Origin: an uncultured Acidobacteriota bacterium
Lineage (GTDB): Bacteria; Acidobacteriota; Thermoanaerobaculia; UBA5066; DATFVB01
Length of the DNA: 37,334 nucleotides
Assembly (NCBI GenBank): GCA_963813155.1
Contig: CAWEYG010000019.1
Span: forward strand, 1-37,334
Direction: 5' to 3'
The translations under genes and the position numbers were made by a program. Under the pieces are notes generated by a model. That model did no database searches, had not been told where the DNA came from, and saw nothing but the letters and a program-made list of their open reading frames with translations. Positions 10,301 to 20,028 of the stretch are shown one piece after another. Position 1 is the first letter of the stretch. Each line of letters starts with the position of its first letter.

Positions 10301-10407
10301 ATCTTGAACTCGCGCATCTCGGCCTGAGCTTTCGAAACGTCGAAGCCGAGCGCGATGGTCCCGCCGATTGTCGAAGCTTGAAGAAATCTGCGACGCGTGA
10401 GTTCCAT
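7325..10407 (-). CDS. fdnG: Selenocysteine-containing formate dehydrogenase alpha subunit (Fdh-N/O type), Tat-exported, with multiple indels
   Basis: TRRRFLQ Tat signal; CPYCAVSC...CPKG; [13 protein letters not shown]; GGNPAENHP; YALGWTQH; [10 protein letters not shown]; GPFPEHYE; TTYRLTE; ends [10 protein letters not shown] at 7325. SD AAGGAGG. Confidence 0.93.
9800..9831 (-). promoter_or_regulatory. Sec UGA codon (9829-9831) and bacterial SECIS hairpin
   Basis: Minus strand GTT TGA CAC GGC CCC ACG GTGGCCA-GTT-TGGCCGC: 7-bp stem with a G-first apical loop about 20 nt after the UGA, which sits at the catalytic Sec/Cys position. Confidence 0.88.
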
Positions 10408-10450
10408 CAGGTCCTCCTTCTCCGAGGTGCCCCGTGAGCGTCAGCTTTGT

Positions 10451-10479
10451 ATTTCAGAACTTTGCCGGCCTCTTGTCAA
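10451..10479 (-). promoter_or_regulatory. Possible sigma70 promoter for fdnG
   Basis: TTGACA (10479-10474)-N17-TGAAAT; the -10 is weak. Confidence 0.35.
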
Positions 10480-10532
10480 GCAAAGCCGGTTTTCTTTTTT
10501 CGTCCCGCAATCCGCCAGTGTGCGAAGTTTGA

Positions 10533-11378
10533 TCAGCTCCCGGGACGTCCGACCCTCGCGGGATGCGTGTAAACGTTGAACCGGCGCTCCCGGAGAAAGC
10601 CGATCAACGTCACGCCTCCCGTTTCGGCGAGCGCGACCGCCAGGCTGGACGGGGCCGAGACCGACGCGACAATCGGAATGCCCGCCGCGAAGGCCTTCTG
10701 GACGATCTCGAACCCGGTTCGGCCCGAGGCCATCAGAATTCCGTCGGAGAGGGGAAGCTCGCCCCGCAACAGGTAAGCGCCGACGAGCTTGTCGGTCGCG
10801 TTGTGGCGGCCGATGTCTTCCCGGGCCTCCCGCAGGACCCCGTCCGCGGAGAAAAGGCCCGCCGCATGGAGGCCTCCCGTTTGCGCGAAGATCGACTGGC
10901 GCTCGCGCAGCCGCGCCGGCAGCGCCTCGAGGGTCTCCGGCGTCACCCGGATCCTGCTCGAAAGGGGAGGCCGGCCGGCGGGGATCACGTTGTCGATCGA
11001 AGTCTTGCCGCAGACGCCGCAGGCCGAGCCCATGACGGTTCCGCGCTGCAGTTTCGCGGCGCGCTCGTAGGCGGAAGGGGAAAGCGTCGCGACGAGCGCG
11101 TTCGCTTTCAATTCCGGATCGATCCGGGGATTCGCGGGACGCTCGAGCCCGATCAGGTCGTCGCGGTCCGCGAGGACGCCTTCGGCGAAAAGGAGCCCCG
11201 CGGCGAGCTCCTCGTCGGCGCCCGGCGTCCGCATCGTCGTCACGAAGGCGAGAATCGGGCCCCCGGCGTCCGAACGAACCTGGATCGCGAGCGGCTCCTC
11301 GACCGCGAGCACGTCGTCGCGCTCGAGGTCGGAGTCGCCGTCGCGCGCCCGGACGCGTACACTCTCCGTGGGATCCAC
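10533..11378 (-). CDS. fdhD: Formate dehydrogenase sulfurtransferase FdhD
   Basis: VEEPL, TMRTPG, SACGVCGK, TGGLHAA, EDIGRHNATDK, SGR, VSAPSSLA. Confidence 0.96.
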   Translation of the reverse strand: MDPTESVRVRARDGDSDLERDDVLAVEEPLAIQVRSDAGGPILAFVTTMRTPGADEELAAGLLFAEGVLADRDDLIGLERPANPRIDPELKANALVATLSPSAYERAAKLQRGTVMGSACGVCGKTSIDNVIPAGRPPLSSRIRVTPETLEALPARLRERQSIFAQTGGLHAAGLFSADGVLREAREDIGRHNATDKLVGAYLLRGELPLSDGILMASGRTGFEIVQKAFAAGIPIVASVSAPSSLAVALAETGGVTLIGFLRERRFNVYTHPARVGRPGS

Positions 11379-11482
11379 GCCGCGATGTTAGCAGGCCCGC
11401 GACCGGCGAGGAGGAGTCCAAGGGCTCATCGCTGCAGCAGATAGGAAGATAGAGGAGGGAGATCCCTCGATTCGGGTGTACC

Positions 11483-11686
11483 GTGGAAGAAGCTCAAGAA
11501 GAAACAATCTTGATCGGGGGAGTCTTGAAAGCTGAGGTTTTCGTGTGGGAGTGTCTCGCCTGCGGCCGGCTCAACCGGACGCCTTTGCCGGTCGACGGCT
11601 CCGAGATCGCTCTCGTTTGCGAGCATTGCGGCCAGAAGGTCGAAGATCGGGCCGCGAAGACCCTGATTCGATCCGGCTCTAAATAA
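11483..11686 (+). CDS. Small zinc-ribbon protein, 67 aa
   Basis: CLACG...CEHCG, two CxxC pairs. Confidence 0.65.
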   Translation: MEEAQEETILIGGVLKAEVFVWECLACGRLNRTPLPVDGSEIALVCEHCGQKVEDRAAKTLIRSGSK

Positions 11687-11704
11687 GGAACGAAAGGGGA
11701 AATC

Positions 11705-11935
11705 ATGGACGAAGCAACCCGAATCATCGTCGACCGGCGTCTCGCGGAGCTCGAGAGAGGCTTTGAGATCTCGGACAAGAACGTCAGCAAGGTCATTCAG
11801 ATCATCAAGCTGAAGGCGCCCGGCGCGACGGCCGAGAGCGTGAAGCTCAAGGCCGACATCGTGAAGAAAAACGAGGAGTGCCTCAAGATCCGCACCGAGA
11901 TGATCAAGAAGCTGCGGGAATCCGTCAGCAACTGA
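11705..11935 (+). CDS. Small helical/coiled-coil hypothetical protein, 76 aa
   Basis: SD AAGGGG, strong C/G third-position bias, amphipathic K/E/I-rich helices. Confidence 0.75.
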   Translation: MDEATRIIVDRRLAELERGFEISDKNVSKVIQIIKLKAPGATAESVKLKADIVKKNEECLKIRTEMIKKLRESVSN

Positions 11936-12026
11936 CGCGCGGCCGCGGCGACCGCGCCGCCTCCTAAGATACTGAAAACCCGCCGGTTTCCACCGCGGCC
12001 GACACGGCCGGGGCGAGAGCCCGCGG

Positions 12027-12043
12027 CTGGCTCCGTTCTTGCA
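12027..12043 (+). promoter_or_regulatory. Sigma54 (-24/-12) promoter candidate
   Basis: CTGGCTCCGTTCTTGCA = TGGC-N7-TTGCA with exact GG-N10-GC spacing, 40 nt upstream of the receiver ATG. Confidence 0.6.
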
Positions 12044-12082
12044 GCCTTCCGAGGTTTTCCGATGCTGGAGAAGGAGACAGGA

Positions 12083-12454
12083 ATGGACGCCAAGGCGGTT
12101 CTCGTGATCGAAGACGACATCGATACGCAGGATGCGATCTGCGGGCTGCTCGAATACAGCGGTTACCGCGCCGTCGGCGTGAACAACGGCCGCGAGGCGA
12201 TCCAGTTCCTGAAGACCCATTCCGCCCCGAACGTGATCGTTCTCGACCTCATGATGCCCGTGATGAACGGATGGGAGTTTCGGGATCTTCAGAGCGCCGA
12301 CGCCGGCCTCGCGAACATTCCCGTCGTCGTCATCTCCGCGTCGGGCGCGCTTCCGCGGGACGTGCTCGGCAAGGGCGCGGTCGACTACGTGCCCAAGCCG
12401 TTCGATCCCGACCGGCTCGTGGCGGCGATCGAAAGGGTCACTCCGGGCGTCTGA
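12083..12454 (+). CDS. Stand-alone response regulator receiver (CheY-like)
   Basis: VLVIEDD, LDLMMP (phosphoacceptor Asp), ISA, KPFD. SD AAGGAG before the ATG at 12083; alternative start 12062. Confidence 0.92.
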   Translation: MDAKAVLVIEDDIDTQDAICGLLEYSGYRAVGVNNGREAIQFLKTHSAPNVIVLDLMMPVMNGWEFRDLQSADAGLANIPVVVISASGALPRDVLGKGAVDYVPKPFDPDRLVAAIERVTPGV

Positions 12455-15441
12455 CCGTACCGAGGCGGCCCTTCGGGTCGAGCCACGCGTAGAACGACGG
12501 CAGGATCAGCAGAACGATCAGCCCCGAAAGGAAAAATCCGCCGATGACGGCGATCGCGAGCGGCTGCTGGAGCTGCGCGCCCGCGCCGAGCCCGAGCGCG
12601 AGGGGGGCGAGGGCGAACACGGCCGCGAGCGTCGTCATGGCGACGGCGCGGAATCGGCGAACGGCGGCCCGGGACCACGCGACCTCCGGAGAGGCTCCGC
12701 GGCGCAGCTCGTCGCGAGCGTCGTGAATGAAGAAGACGGACTTCTCGCCGACGATTCCGACCATCATGATCGCGCCGACGAAGCTCGAGATGTTGAACGC
12801 CATCCCCGTCAGCAGGAGAAAGCCGAACACGCTGGCGAGAACGGCGACGGAGATCAGGGACGTCAAAAGAGGCGCCCGCCAGTCCCCGAACTCGAAGAGG
12901 AGCACGACGGCGACGAGGACGAGCCCGGCCAGCAGAACCGCGAGCAGTCCCTTGAACGAGCTCTGCTGCTGCTCGTAGAGACCTCCGAATCGAAGGGTCA
13001 TTCCCGGCTGCAGGTGGAGCTCGCGGCCGAGCTTGCTTCGGATCTCCGAAACCGCGCTTCCGAGACTGCGCCCGGAGAGCCTCGCCGTGACGCCGAGATA
13101 GGTCTGGAGATTCTCGCGGTCGATCTCCGCCTCCGGAGAACCCGTCGAGATCTCGGCGAAGTGCGAGAGGGGGAGCAGCGCGCCGCTCTCGGATCGAATC
13201 GGGAGGTCGTCGAGCGCGCCTTCCCGTCCCGCGAACACGCGCAGGTCGTAGACGCGCTCTCCGATGCGCACGTCGCCGGCGACCGTCCCGACGAGAGCGG
13301 GCTCCACGGCCGCGTGAAGCGCCTCCGTCGAGAGACCCGCCCGCGACACTTCGGCGGGCCGGACCTTCATCGTGAGGGGAGGACCGGCGATGACGATGCC
13401 GTCGAAGACGTCCTCCACGCCGTGGACGCCCGAGAGGATCCGGGCCGCGAGCTTCGCCTTCTCCTGGAGAACCGCCTGGTCCTGTCCCGAGATCTTCACG
13501 TCGATCGGCTGGGGAACGCCTCCCGTCAGGTCTCCGATGTCGTCCTCGAGCAGCTGTCCGAAGTCGGTGTGAACGGCCGGAGCGAGCCCGGCGATCCGGG
13601 TGCGGAGCTCGTCGATGATTTCGTCGACGTCCCGGCGTCCCCGGGCGGGCTTGAGCTTGATCACGTAATCGCCGCGGTTCGGCTCGGTGATGAAGAAGCC
13701 GAGCTGGGTCCCCGTGCGCCGCGAATAGGCTTCGACGCCCGGCGTCCCGAGGATCACGCGCTCGACGGTGCGGAGCATCGCGTCGGTGTCGGAGAGAGAC
13801 GTTCCCGGCGGCGTCCAGTAGTCGAGAATGATGGACCCTTCGTCCATGTGGGGGAGAAAATCGGTATCGAGAGCCTGGTAGAAGAGAAACCCCGCGGCCA
13901 GGAGCGCGACGAATGCGGCAAGAGCGCCGAGGGGGTGGCGGACGGAGAACGCGACGGTGCGCCGCAGGCGCGGCATGTCCCGGAACTCCCTTCGGGCTCC
14001 CGGCGCGGAAGCCCGGACGACCGCCGGCAGGACGAACCCGGCGAGCAGGAACGACACGCCGAGAGCGAGCGCCATGGTCAGGGCGAGAGGCCGGAAGAAC
14101 GCGCCCGTGATTCCCGTCAACGTCGCGAACGGAAGGAAGATGACGATCGTCGAGAGGCTCGAGCCCGCGAGCGGCCCGAGGACGTCCGACGCTCCCGACT
14201 CCGACGCCCCTCTCGAGCTCTTCGACGACGACGATCGCGTCGTCCGCGATGAGGCCGATCGCGGCCGCGATGCCGCCGAGAGTCATCAGGTTGAGCGTTT
14301 GCCCGGCGGCCGCGAGACCGAGAAACGTGATCGCCGCGCACACCGGGATCATGAAGACGGCCGCGAGCGTGAGCCGCAGGTTGCGGAGAAAGAGAAAGAG
14401 GACGATTCCGGCGAGCCCCACGCCGATCAGAATCGAGTCGCGGGCGCCGCGCACGGAATCGTCGACGAACGCGGCCTGGTCGTAGAAGGGAATCCAGGAG
14501 ACGCCCTGCGGAATCAGGTCGGGGCGCTCGCGAAAGAGGGTCTGGATCGCCTTCGCGATCGCGACCGTGTTCGCGGAGGGCTGCTGCACGATGTTGACGA
14601 GCACGGCGGGACGCCCCTGCGCCGTCGTCCGGATGTAGGACACCGCCTCGCCGACGACGACTTCGCCGAGATCCGCAATCCGGGCGGGCACGCCTTCGCC
14701 CTTCGCGGGAACGGTGAGCTGGCCGATCGCTTCGCGCCCCTCCGCCCGGCCGTCCACGAGCGAGAGGTACAGCTCGTGGTTTCTTTCGAGCAGGCCCGCG
14801 GAGAGCACCTGGTCGTTTTTTCGGATCGCGTCGACGACGTCCGACGGCGCCAGCTTGCGCCCCGCGAGCGCGCGGGGGTCGAGGCGGATTTGAAACTCCC
14901 TCTGCCGGCCGCCCTGGATCTGGACCTCGGAGACTCCCGGGATCCGCATGAGCTCGGGCTTGAGCGTGTACTGCGCGAGATCGGTCAGTTCCGGCAGGCT
15001 TCGCGAATCGGAGACGAGGGCGTACCCGAGAATCGGGAAGATCGAGGTGTTCATCCAGGCGACGCTGATCCGCGTGCCGGGGGGAAGCTCGGTGCGAACC
15101 CGCTCGCCTTCCGCCTGGACCCGCGCGAGGGCGTCTTTCATGTCGGCGCCCCAGGCGAACTGGGCGGAGATCTCCGTCGAACCGCGGGACGTCGTCGAAA
15201 GAACGCGCAGGACGCCGGGCACCCGCAGGATCGCCTCCTCCAGCGGACGCGTCACGGACGGCATCATGCGCGCCGCCGGCTCTTCTCCCGAATCGGCGAT
15301 CACCTTCACGATCGGGAACGTGACCGGCGGAAAGATCGACGCGGGAAGGTGAATCGCCCGGTAGGCGCCCGCGGCGGCGAGGATGAGGACGAGAAAGAAA
15401 AGCGCCTCGGGGCGCCGCGCGGCCCAGCGGGAGGCGCTCAC
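12438..15441 (-). CDS. RND efflux permease (CusA/CzcA-like), indel near 14180
   Basis: LPASIFP, TRPLEEA, NLMTLGGIAAAIGLIADDAIVVVE, FRPLA, FLPHMDEG, RFRAVAMT, QQPLAIAVIGG. GTG overlaps the MFP stop. Confidence 0.9.
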
Positions 15442-16419
15442 GGCTGGAGCGAGAGCGGCGAGCCCTCGGGAAGGCCGACCTGCCCGGAGACGACGATCTT
15501 CTGTCCCGGCGCCAGGGGCGGAGAAACGATCTGCGTCTTTCCCCCCTGGGAAAGCCCCGGCGTCGCGGCGATCCAGTGGGCCTTCCCGTCCGCGGTCACG
15601 AGGACGATCCTCGACACGCCGGTGACGTCGTCGCGAACGAGCGAGGCGTCGGGAACGGCCGGCGCGCCGCGGCGCTCGCCGACGGTGATCGCGGCCTCGC
15701 CGAAGGCCCCGAGGGGGATGTGCGACGGAACCGGATGGAAGTCGACGCGCACGGGAATCGTCAGGTCCGACGCGTTCGCCGCGGAGAGAACGTCGTGCAC
15801 GGCGCCCGGAAGGGGAGCGGGCCGCCCCGACAGGAGTACGGCCGCCGGCTCTCCGGGACGGATCCGCGAAAGCTGCGACTGCGGGACGTCGGCGACGAAC
15901 ATCAGGGAAGCGCTCTCGGCGATCGTCACGATTTCGGCGTCCTCCGACAGCCGGTCTCCCGTCGCGGCGGAGTGGGAAACCACGATCCCGGTCGCCGTCG
16001 CGCGCAGGGCCGACCGAATGAGATTCTTTTCCGCGAGCGCGACGGCGCGGGCCGCGTCGCTCTTCTCGGCGGGCGTCGAAGCCTCGCGTTCCATCTCCCG
16101 CGCGCCCGCGAGCGCCGCCTCGCTGTCGCGAGCGACGACGCTGCCGAGCTTCTGGCCGCGCTGAACCTCGTCGCCGTCGGTCACGAGCAGCTCCGAGAGC
16201 GTGCCGGCGAACGGGGTCCGCACTTTCTGCTGCGCGACGGCGGAGATCTTTCCGGGGCTTCGGACGATGTCCGAGAAATTCTCGAGCGTGACGATCCCGG
16301 CGCGCACGGGGACGGCCGGCGCCGGTTCCTTCGCGGCGTCCGGAGCGTCGCGCTTGGCCGAGCAGGCGGGGAGAACGAGCAACGCGGCGATCGCCGCGAA
16401 CTGTCCGCCGCGGCGTCAC
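15438..16419 (-). CDS. RND periplasmic adaptor (MFP) lipoprotein, probable indel near the start
   Basis: LPAC lipobox, lipoyl-like VTDGDEVQRGQKL, GLSQGG...GQKIVVSG; lies between TolC and the permease. Confidence 0.88.
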
Positions 16420-17780
16420 CGGGGACTCCAGCGAAGGCGCAGCGCTTCGGCGATGCGGTACCGCGAAACGACTTCCGCGAGCCGTACGTCGGCCTCGACG
16501 GCGGCGGCGTACGCGTCGAGGACCTCGAGCGACGTCGCCGCTCCGCCGCGATAGCGGCTCTCGACGTCCAGGTAGGAGTCGCGCGCGGAGGGGCCCGCGG
16601 CGGAGAGGATCTCGATCTCCCGGTAGAGATTCTCGACGGTCGCCCGCGCCTTCTCTCGCTCGAGATCGGCCGCCCTCTGTTGAACGACCTTCTGGAGCCG
16701 GGCCTGCGTGACGGCGAGCCGCGCCTGCGCGGTGCGGGACGCGGCCGCGCCGAAATCGAAAATCGGCCAGCTGAGATTCAGGCTCAGGGAGTAGCCGGAG
16801 TCGCGCCGAAGCCGGTCGGAGAAGACGGGATTTCGATGCTCCGCCCGGAGATCGGGGGGAAAGAGACGAGTCGTGTCGGAGCCCCAGAGCCCGGCGTCGG
16901 CGGCCGCGAAAAGGTGCGGGCGCCGCTGCGCCTGGGCGGCGAGGAGGTCGGCCTGCGCGGAGGCAACCCCGGCGGCCGCTTCCGCGACTTCGGGAATCTC
17001 TCCTTCGATCGGAAGAACGGCGGGGGCCCGGGGGGGCGGCATCGGGGCCGGGTGCAGGGGCCCCGCCGGCTCGCGGCCGAGCAGCGAGTTCAATTCCAGA
17101 CGCGCTTCGTCCCGGCGCTGTTCCGCCTCGACCAGGGCCGCCCGCTCGGAAGAGAGCCGAACCTCGGTCTTGAGGACGTCGGCCGCGACGCCCTGGCCCG
17201 ACGCGCGGCGGCTGCGCAGCAGCTCCCGGTAGCCTTCGAGGCGCCGGATTCCGTCCCGCCGCGCGGAGATCTCGCTCTCGGCGGCGAGCATCTCGGCGAA
17301 CCGGCTTCGGACCTCGAGGTCGAGGTCCCTTTCCGCGATCCGGTATCGCGCGCCGGCCGCGGTCGTTTGCGCCTCCGCGCGCGAAACGGCGGCCCGCTTT
17401 TCTCCGCCGTCGTAGATCGGCTGCTTTCCGGCGATCTGCAGTCTTTCTTCGCCGAGGTTCGTGAGAATCGGGTCGTACGCGCCGGCCGGCGCGTAAATGA
17501 AATCACCTTCGATCGCGACCTTGAGCCACCGTTCGGCGCGCGCCTCGCGGATCTTTTCGCGCGCGATCTCGATCTCCGCGGCGGCGGCCGGAAGCTTCGC
17601 GTTCGCCGAGCGCGCCTCGAGAAGCGCGTCCTCCAGCGTCAGAGTCAGCGTGCCGGCCGCCGGGGCGCCCGCCGTCTCGGCCGGCGTCGAGGACGCTTCC
17701 GGCCGCGCGGGGGCCGTCGTCGCCTGCGCCGTCATTGCGGTCAGGAACATCGAAGGGATCGAAAGCAAGAATCCCACCAT
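16416..17780 (-). CDS. TolC-family outer membrane efflux protein
   Basis: From ATG 17780: signal peptide, LTLEDAL, QPIYDGG, WPIFDFG, RYRGGAATSLEVLDA. Confidence 0.9.
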   Translation of the reverse strand: MVGFLLSIPSMFLTAMTAQATTAPARPEASSTPAETAGAPAAGTLTLTLEDALLEARSANAKLPAAAAEIEIAREKIREARAERWLKVAIEGDFIYAPAGAYDPILTNLGEERLQIAGKQPIYDGGEKRAAVSRAEAQTTAAGARYRIAERDLDLEVRSRFAEMLAAESEISARRDGIRRLEGYRELLRSRRASGQGVAADVLKTEVRLSSERAALVEAEQRRDEARLELNSLLGREPAGPLHPAPMPPPRAPAVLPIEGEIPEVAEAAAGVASAQADLLAAQAQRRPHLFAAADAGLWGSDTTRLFPPDLRAEHRNPVFSDRLRRDSGYSLSLNLSWPIFDFGAAASRTAQARLAVTQARLQKVVQQRAADLEREKARATVENLYREIEILSAAGPSARDSYLDVESRYRGGAATSLEVLDAYAAAVEADVRLAEVVSRYRIAEALRLRWSPR

Positions 17781-17788
17781 TACCGGGC

Positions 17789-18292
17789 TCAGTCGGCCGC
17801 AGGATCGGAGGCGAGGGCGCGAATCTCCGTCTCCCCGAGCCCGTATCGGAGCCATTCGCTCTGCGGGCGGGCGCCGAGGCGGCGGTAAAACTCGAGCGCC
17901 CTCTCGTTCCAGTCCAGAACCGCCCATTCCATCCGCACGCAGTCGTTGTCGCGAGCGATGCGCGCGAGCTCGGCGATGAGCGCTTCGCCGATTCCCCGGG
18001 AACGGGAATCGCGGCCGACGACGATGTCCTCGAGGTAGAGGGCCTGCCGCGCGCGAAACGACGTCGGAAAGAGAAAGTAGAGCGCCATTCCGACGATCGC
18101 TCCGTCCGCCTCGGCGACGAGGGACTGAAACTTGTTCTCGCGAAAGATCCACCCGATCAGGCGCTCGCCCTCTTCGTCCGAGGGGCCCCGGAGACGCTCG
18201 AAATCGGCGAGCTCCCGCTCCAGCTCGACGATCCGGGGGCCGTCCTGCGGTCTCGCCGGGCGGATCTTCACGGGCGAGGAGTCCTCGGGCAC
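17789..18292 (-). CDS. GNAT N-acetyltransferase (diamine acetyltransferase-like)
   Basis: ELADFE, LYLEDI, RSRGIG, VLDWNERALEFYRRLGA. Confidence 0.92.
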   Translation of the reverse strand: MPEDSSPVKIRPARPQDGPRIVELERELADFERLRGPSDEEGERLIGWIFRENKFQSLVAEADGAIVGMALYFLFPTSFRARQALYLEDIVVGRDSRSRGIGEALIAELARIARDNDCVRMEWAVLDWNERALEFYRRLGARPQSEWLRYGLGETEIRALASDPAAD

Positions 18293-18324
18293 GCGGATAC
18301 GTTATCGCATTCGCCGGGGGCGGG

Positions 18325-18440
18325 CCTATTTGATCGCGAGGAGCTCGACGTGCGGAGGGCACAAAAAAATCGGCGGGTTTCCCCGCCGATTTCGAATCCC
18401 CGGCGGAAAGAGACCTACTTGATGCCGAGGAGCTCGACGT
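18325..18440. repeat. 27-nt imperfect direct repeat of the FKBP gene 3' end
   Basis: 18325-18351 CCTATTTGATCGCGAGGAGCTCGACGT vs 18414-18440 CCTACTTGATGCCGAGGAGCTCGACGT (24/27 identical). Confidence 0.8.
18362..18392 (-). terminator. Rho-independent terminator after the FKBP gene
   Basis: AAATCGGCGGG-GAAA-CCCGCCGATTT stem running into a T7 tract on the minus strand. Confidence 0.85.
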
Positions 18441-18849
18441 CGAAGACGAGCGTCGCATTGGGCGGGATCACGCCGCCGGCGCCGCGCGAGCCGTACGCGA
18501 GATCGGGCGGGATCGTCAGCTTGCGCTTTCCGCCGACTTTCATCGTCGCGACACCTTCGTCCCAACCCTTGATGACCTGACCCTGTCCGAGCGCGAACTC
18601 GAACGGCTTGCCCCGGTCGACCGAGGAGTCGAACTTCTTGCCGTCCGTGAGCCAGCCGGTGTAGTGAACCTGGACGGTCTGGCCGGCCTTCGGCTGGGCG
18701 CCTTCGCCCACCTTGAGATCTTCGTATTTCAATCCGTCCGGCAAGCGAACCGCCTTTCCTTCGTCTTTCTTCTCCGTTTTCGCGGCGTCCCCCGCCCATC
18801 CGATCGCGGCGGCGCCGAGAATCGCGGCGCACCAAAGCAGCTTTTTCAT
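18415..18849 (-). CDS. Secreted FKBP-type peptidyl-prolyl isomerase
   Basis: Signal peptide MKKLLW...; [41 protein letters not shown]. Confidence 0.95.
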   Translation of the reverse strand: MKKLLWCAAILGAAAIGWAGDAAKTEKKDEGKAVRLPDGLKYEDLKVGEGAQPKAGQTVQVHYTGWLTDGKKFDSSVDRGKPFEFALGQGQVIKGWDEGVATMKVGGKRKLTIPPDLAYGSRGAGGVIPPNATLVFDVELLGIK

Positions 18850-18872
18850 TCGATTCCTTTCTTGTCTTCGTC

Positions 18873-19929
18873 TTACAGGACGTTCCCGCTGACCGGGACT
18901 TCGATGACGGGGCGTTCCTTGTCCGACGTGAAGATCTTGATCGTTCCGCTGAATTCGCCCTTCTTGAGCCCTTCCTTCGGCTTGACGACGACGGTGTAGT
19001 TGATTCCCTCGGTCATCGGCACCACTTCCGCGCCCAGGCCGGGAACCGTCGATTCCGCTTTCAGGACCTTCACGCCTTCGGCAATCTTGTTGTTCGTGAA
19101 GATCACGTTGCGCGAGATGACGTCTTTGCCGGGCGTGAAGTTTCCGAAGACGACCGCGGCCGGCGTCACGCTCAGGCGATCCCGAACGATGCCCGCCACC
19201 CGGATCTCGATCTCCGGCTGCTTCGCGACGCCCGTCTTGATCCGCACGGGGGCGTTCAGCACTCCGAGAGGCGCCGTCGGCGCGAGCGTGATGTGCAGCT
19301 TGTACTGGGTTCCCGGCCGGTCGATCTTCGCCTTGTCGTCCGCCGGCGAGATCTGCGCCTGCAGGTACGGCTGCGACGACTCCCCGACGGTCGGATGAAA
19401 GTCTTTCTCTGCCGAGAAGAGCACGAGATCTGCCGTGGCGCTGTCGCCGCGGATCGTCGAAAAGCGGACGAACTCCTGGGGAGCCACTTCCACGTACGGC
19501 TTGACGATCGCCTTGATCGTGAGCGCGAGCTGAGGGTTCTCCGGATCGTTGGAGACGACCGTGACCGATTTCGTGATCGGCCCGTTGAAGTTCTTGGTGT
19601 CGACGGCCGCCGTGATCTTCCCGGTCTGTCCCGGCTTGACGGTCTTGTCGAAGGACGCCACCGTGCAGCCGCACGACGGCCGGGCCTCGGAGATCGTGAG
19701 GTCCTGCGTGCCGTTGTTCTTGACGGCTGAACACCGCTTCGATCCGTTCGCCCTTCGCGACGGTTCCCACGTCCTTCGTCATCGGATCGATCGAGATCTT
19801 CGGCGTCGCGACGATCGCCGGCTTCGCGTCGGAGCTCTTTTTCGCGGCGGTGTCCGCTGCGAGAGACGGCGCGTGGGAAAGAGCAACGAGGGCAAGCGCG
19901 AGCCCTCCCGTTCGGATGAAGTGACGCAT
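18873..19929 (-). CDS. Secreted DUF1573-like (Ig-like) protein, indel near 19730
   Basis: Signal peptide at 19929; RPSCGCT motif followed by PGQTGKI and SNDP. SD AAGGAG. Confidence 0.8.
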
Positions 19930-19978
19930 GGTTCTCCTTTACCTTCTGATCCTGCAATCGGGATCAGGCAAAACGGGG

Positions 19979-20007
19979 AACGTAACACTGCAATGCCTTT
20001 ATTTCAA
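19979..20007 (-). promoter_or_regulatory. Sigma70-type promoter for DUF1573-FKBP
   Basis: TTGAAA-N17-TACGTT with a TG extension, in an AT-rich patch. Confidence 0.5.
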
Positions 20008-20028
20008 GTTTTCGTGCAAAATACCGGG

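Noticed and set aside
12385-16419. 1344-aa ORF suggesting an MFP-RND fusion
   Set aside because: Only the middle part is the permease. The remainder is off-frame Arg-rich sequence produced by indels.
18415-19929. 504-aa DUF1573-FKBP fusion ORF
   Set aside because: Created by the indel near 19730. FKBP has its own SD, ATG and signal peptide.
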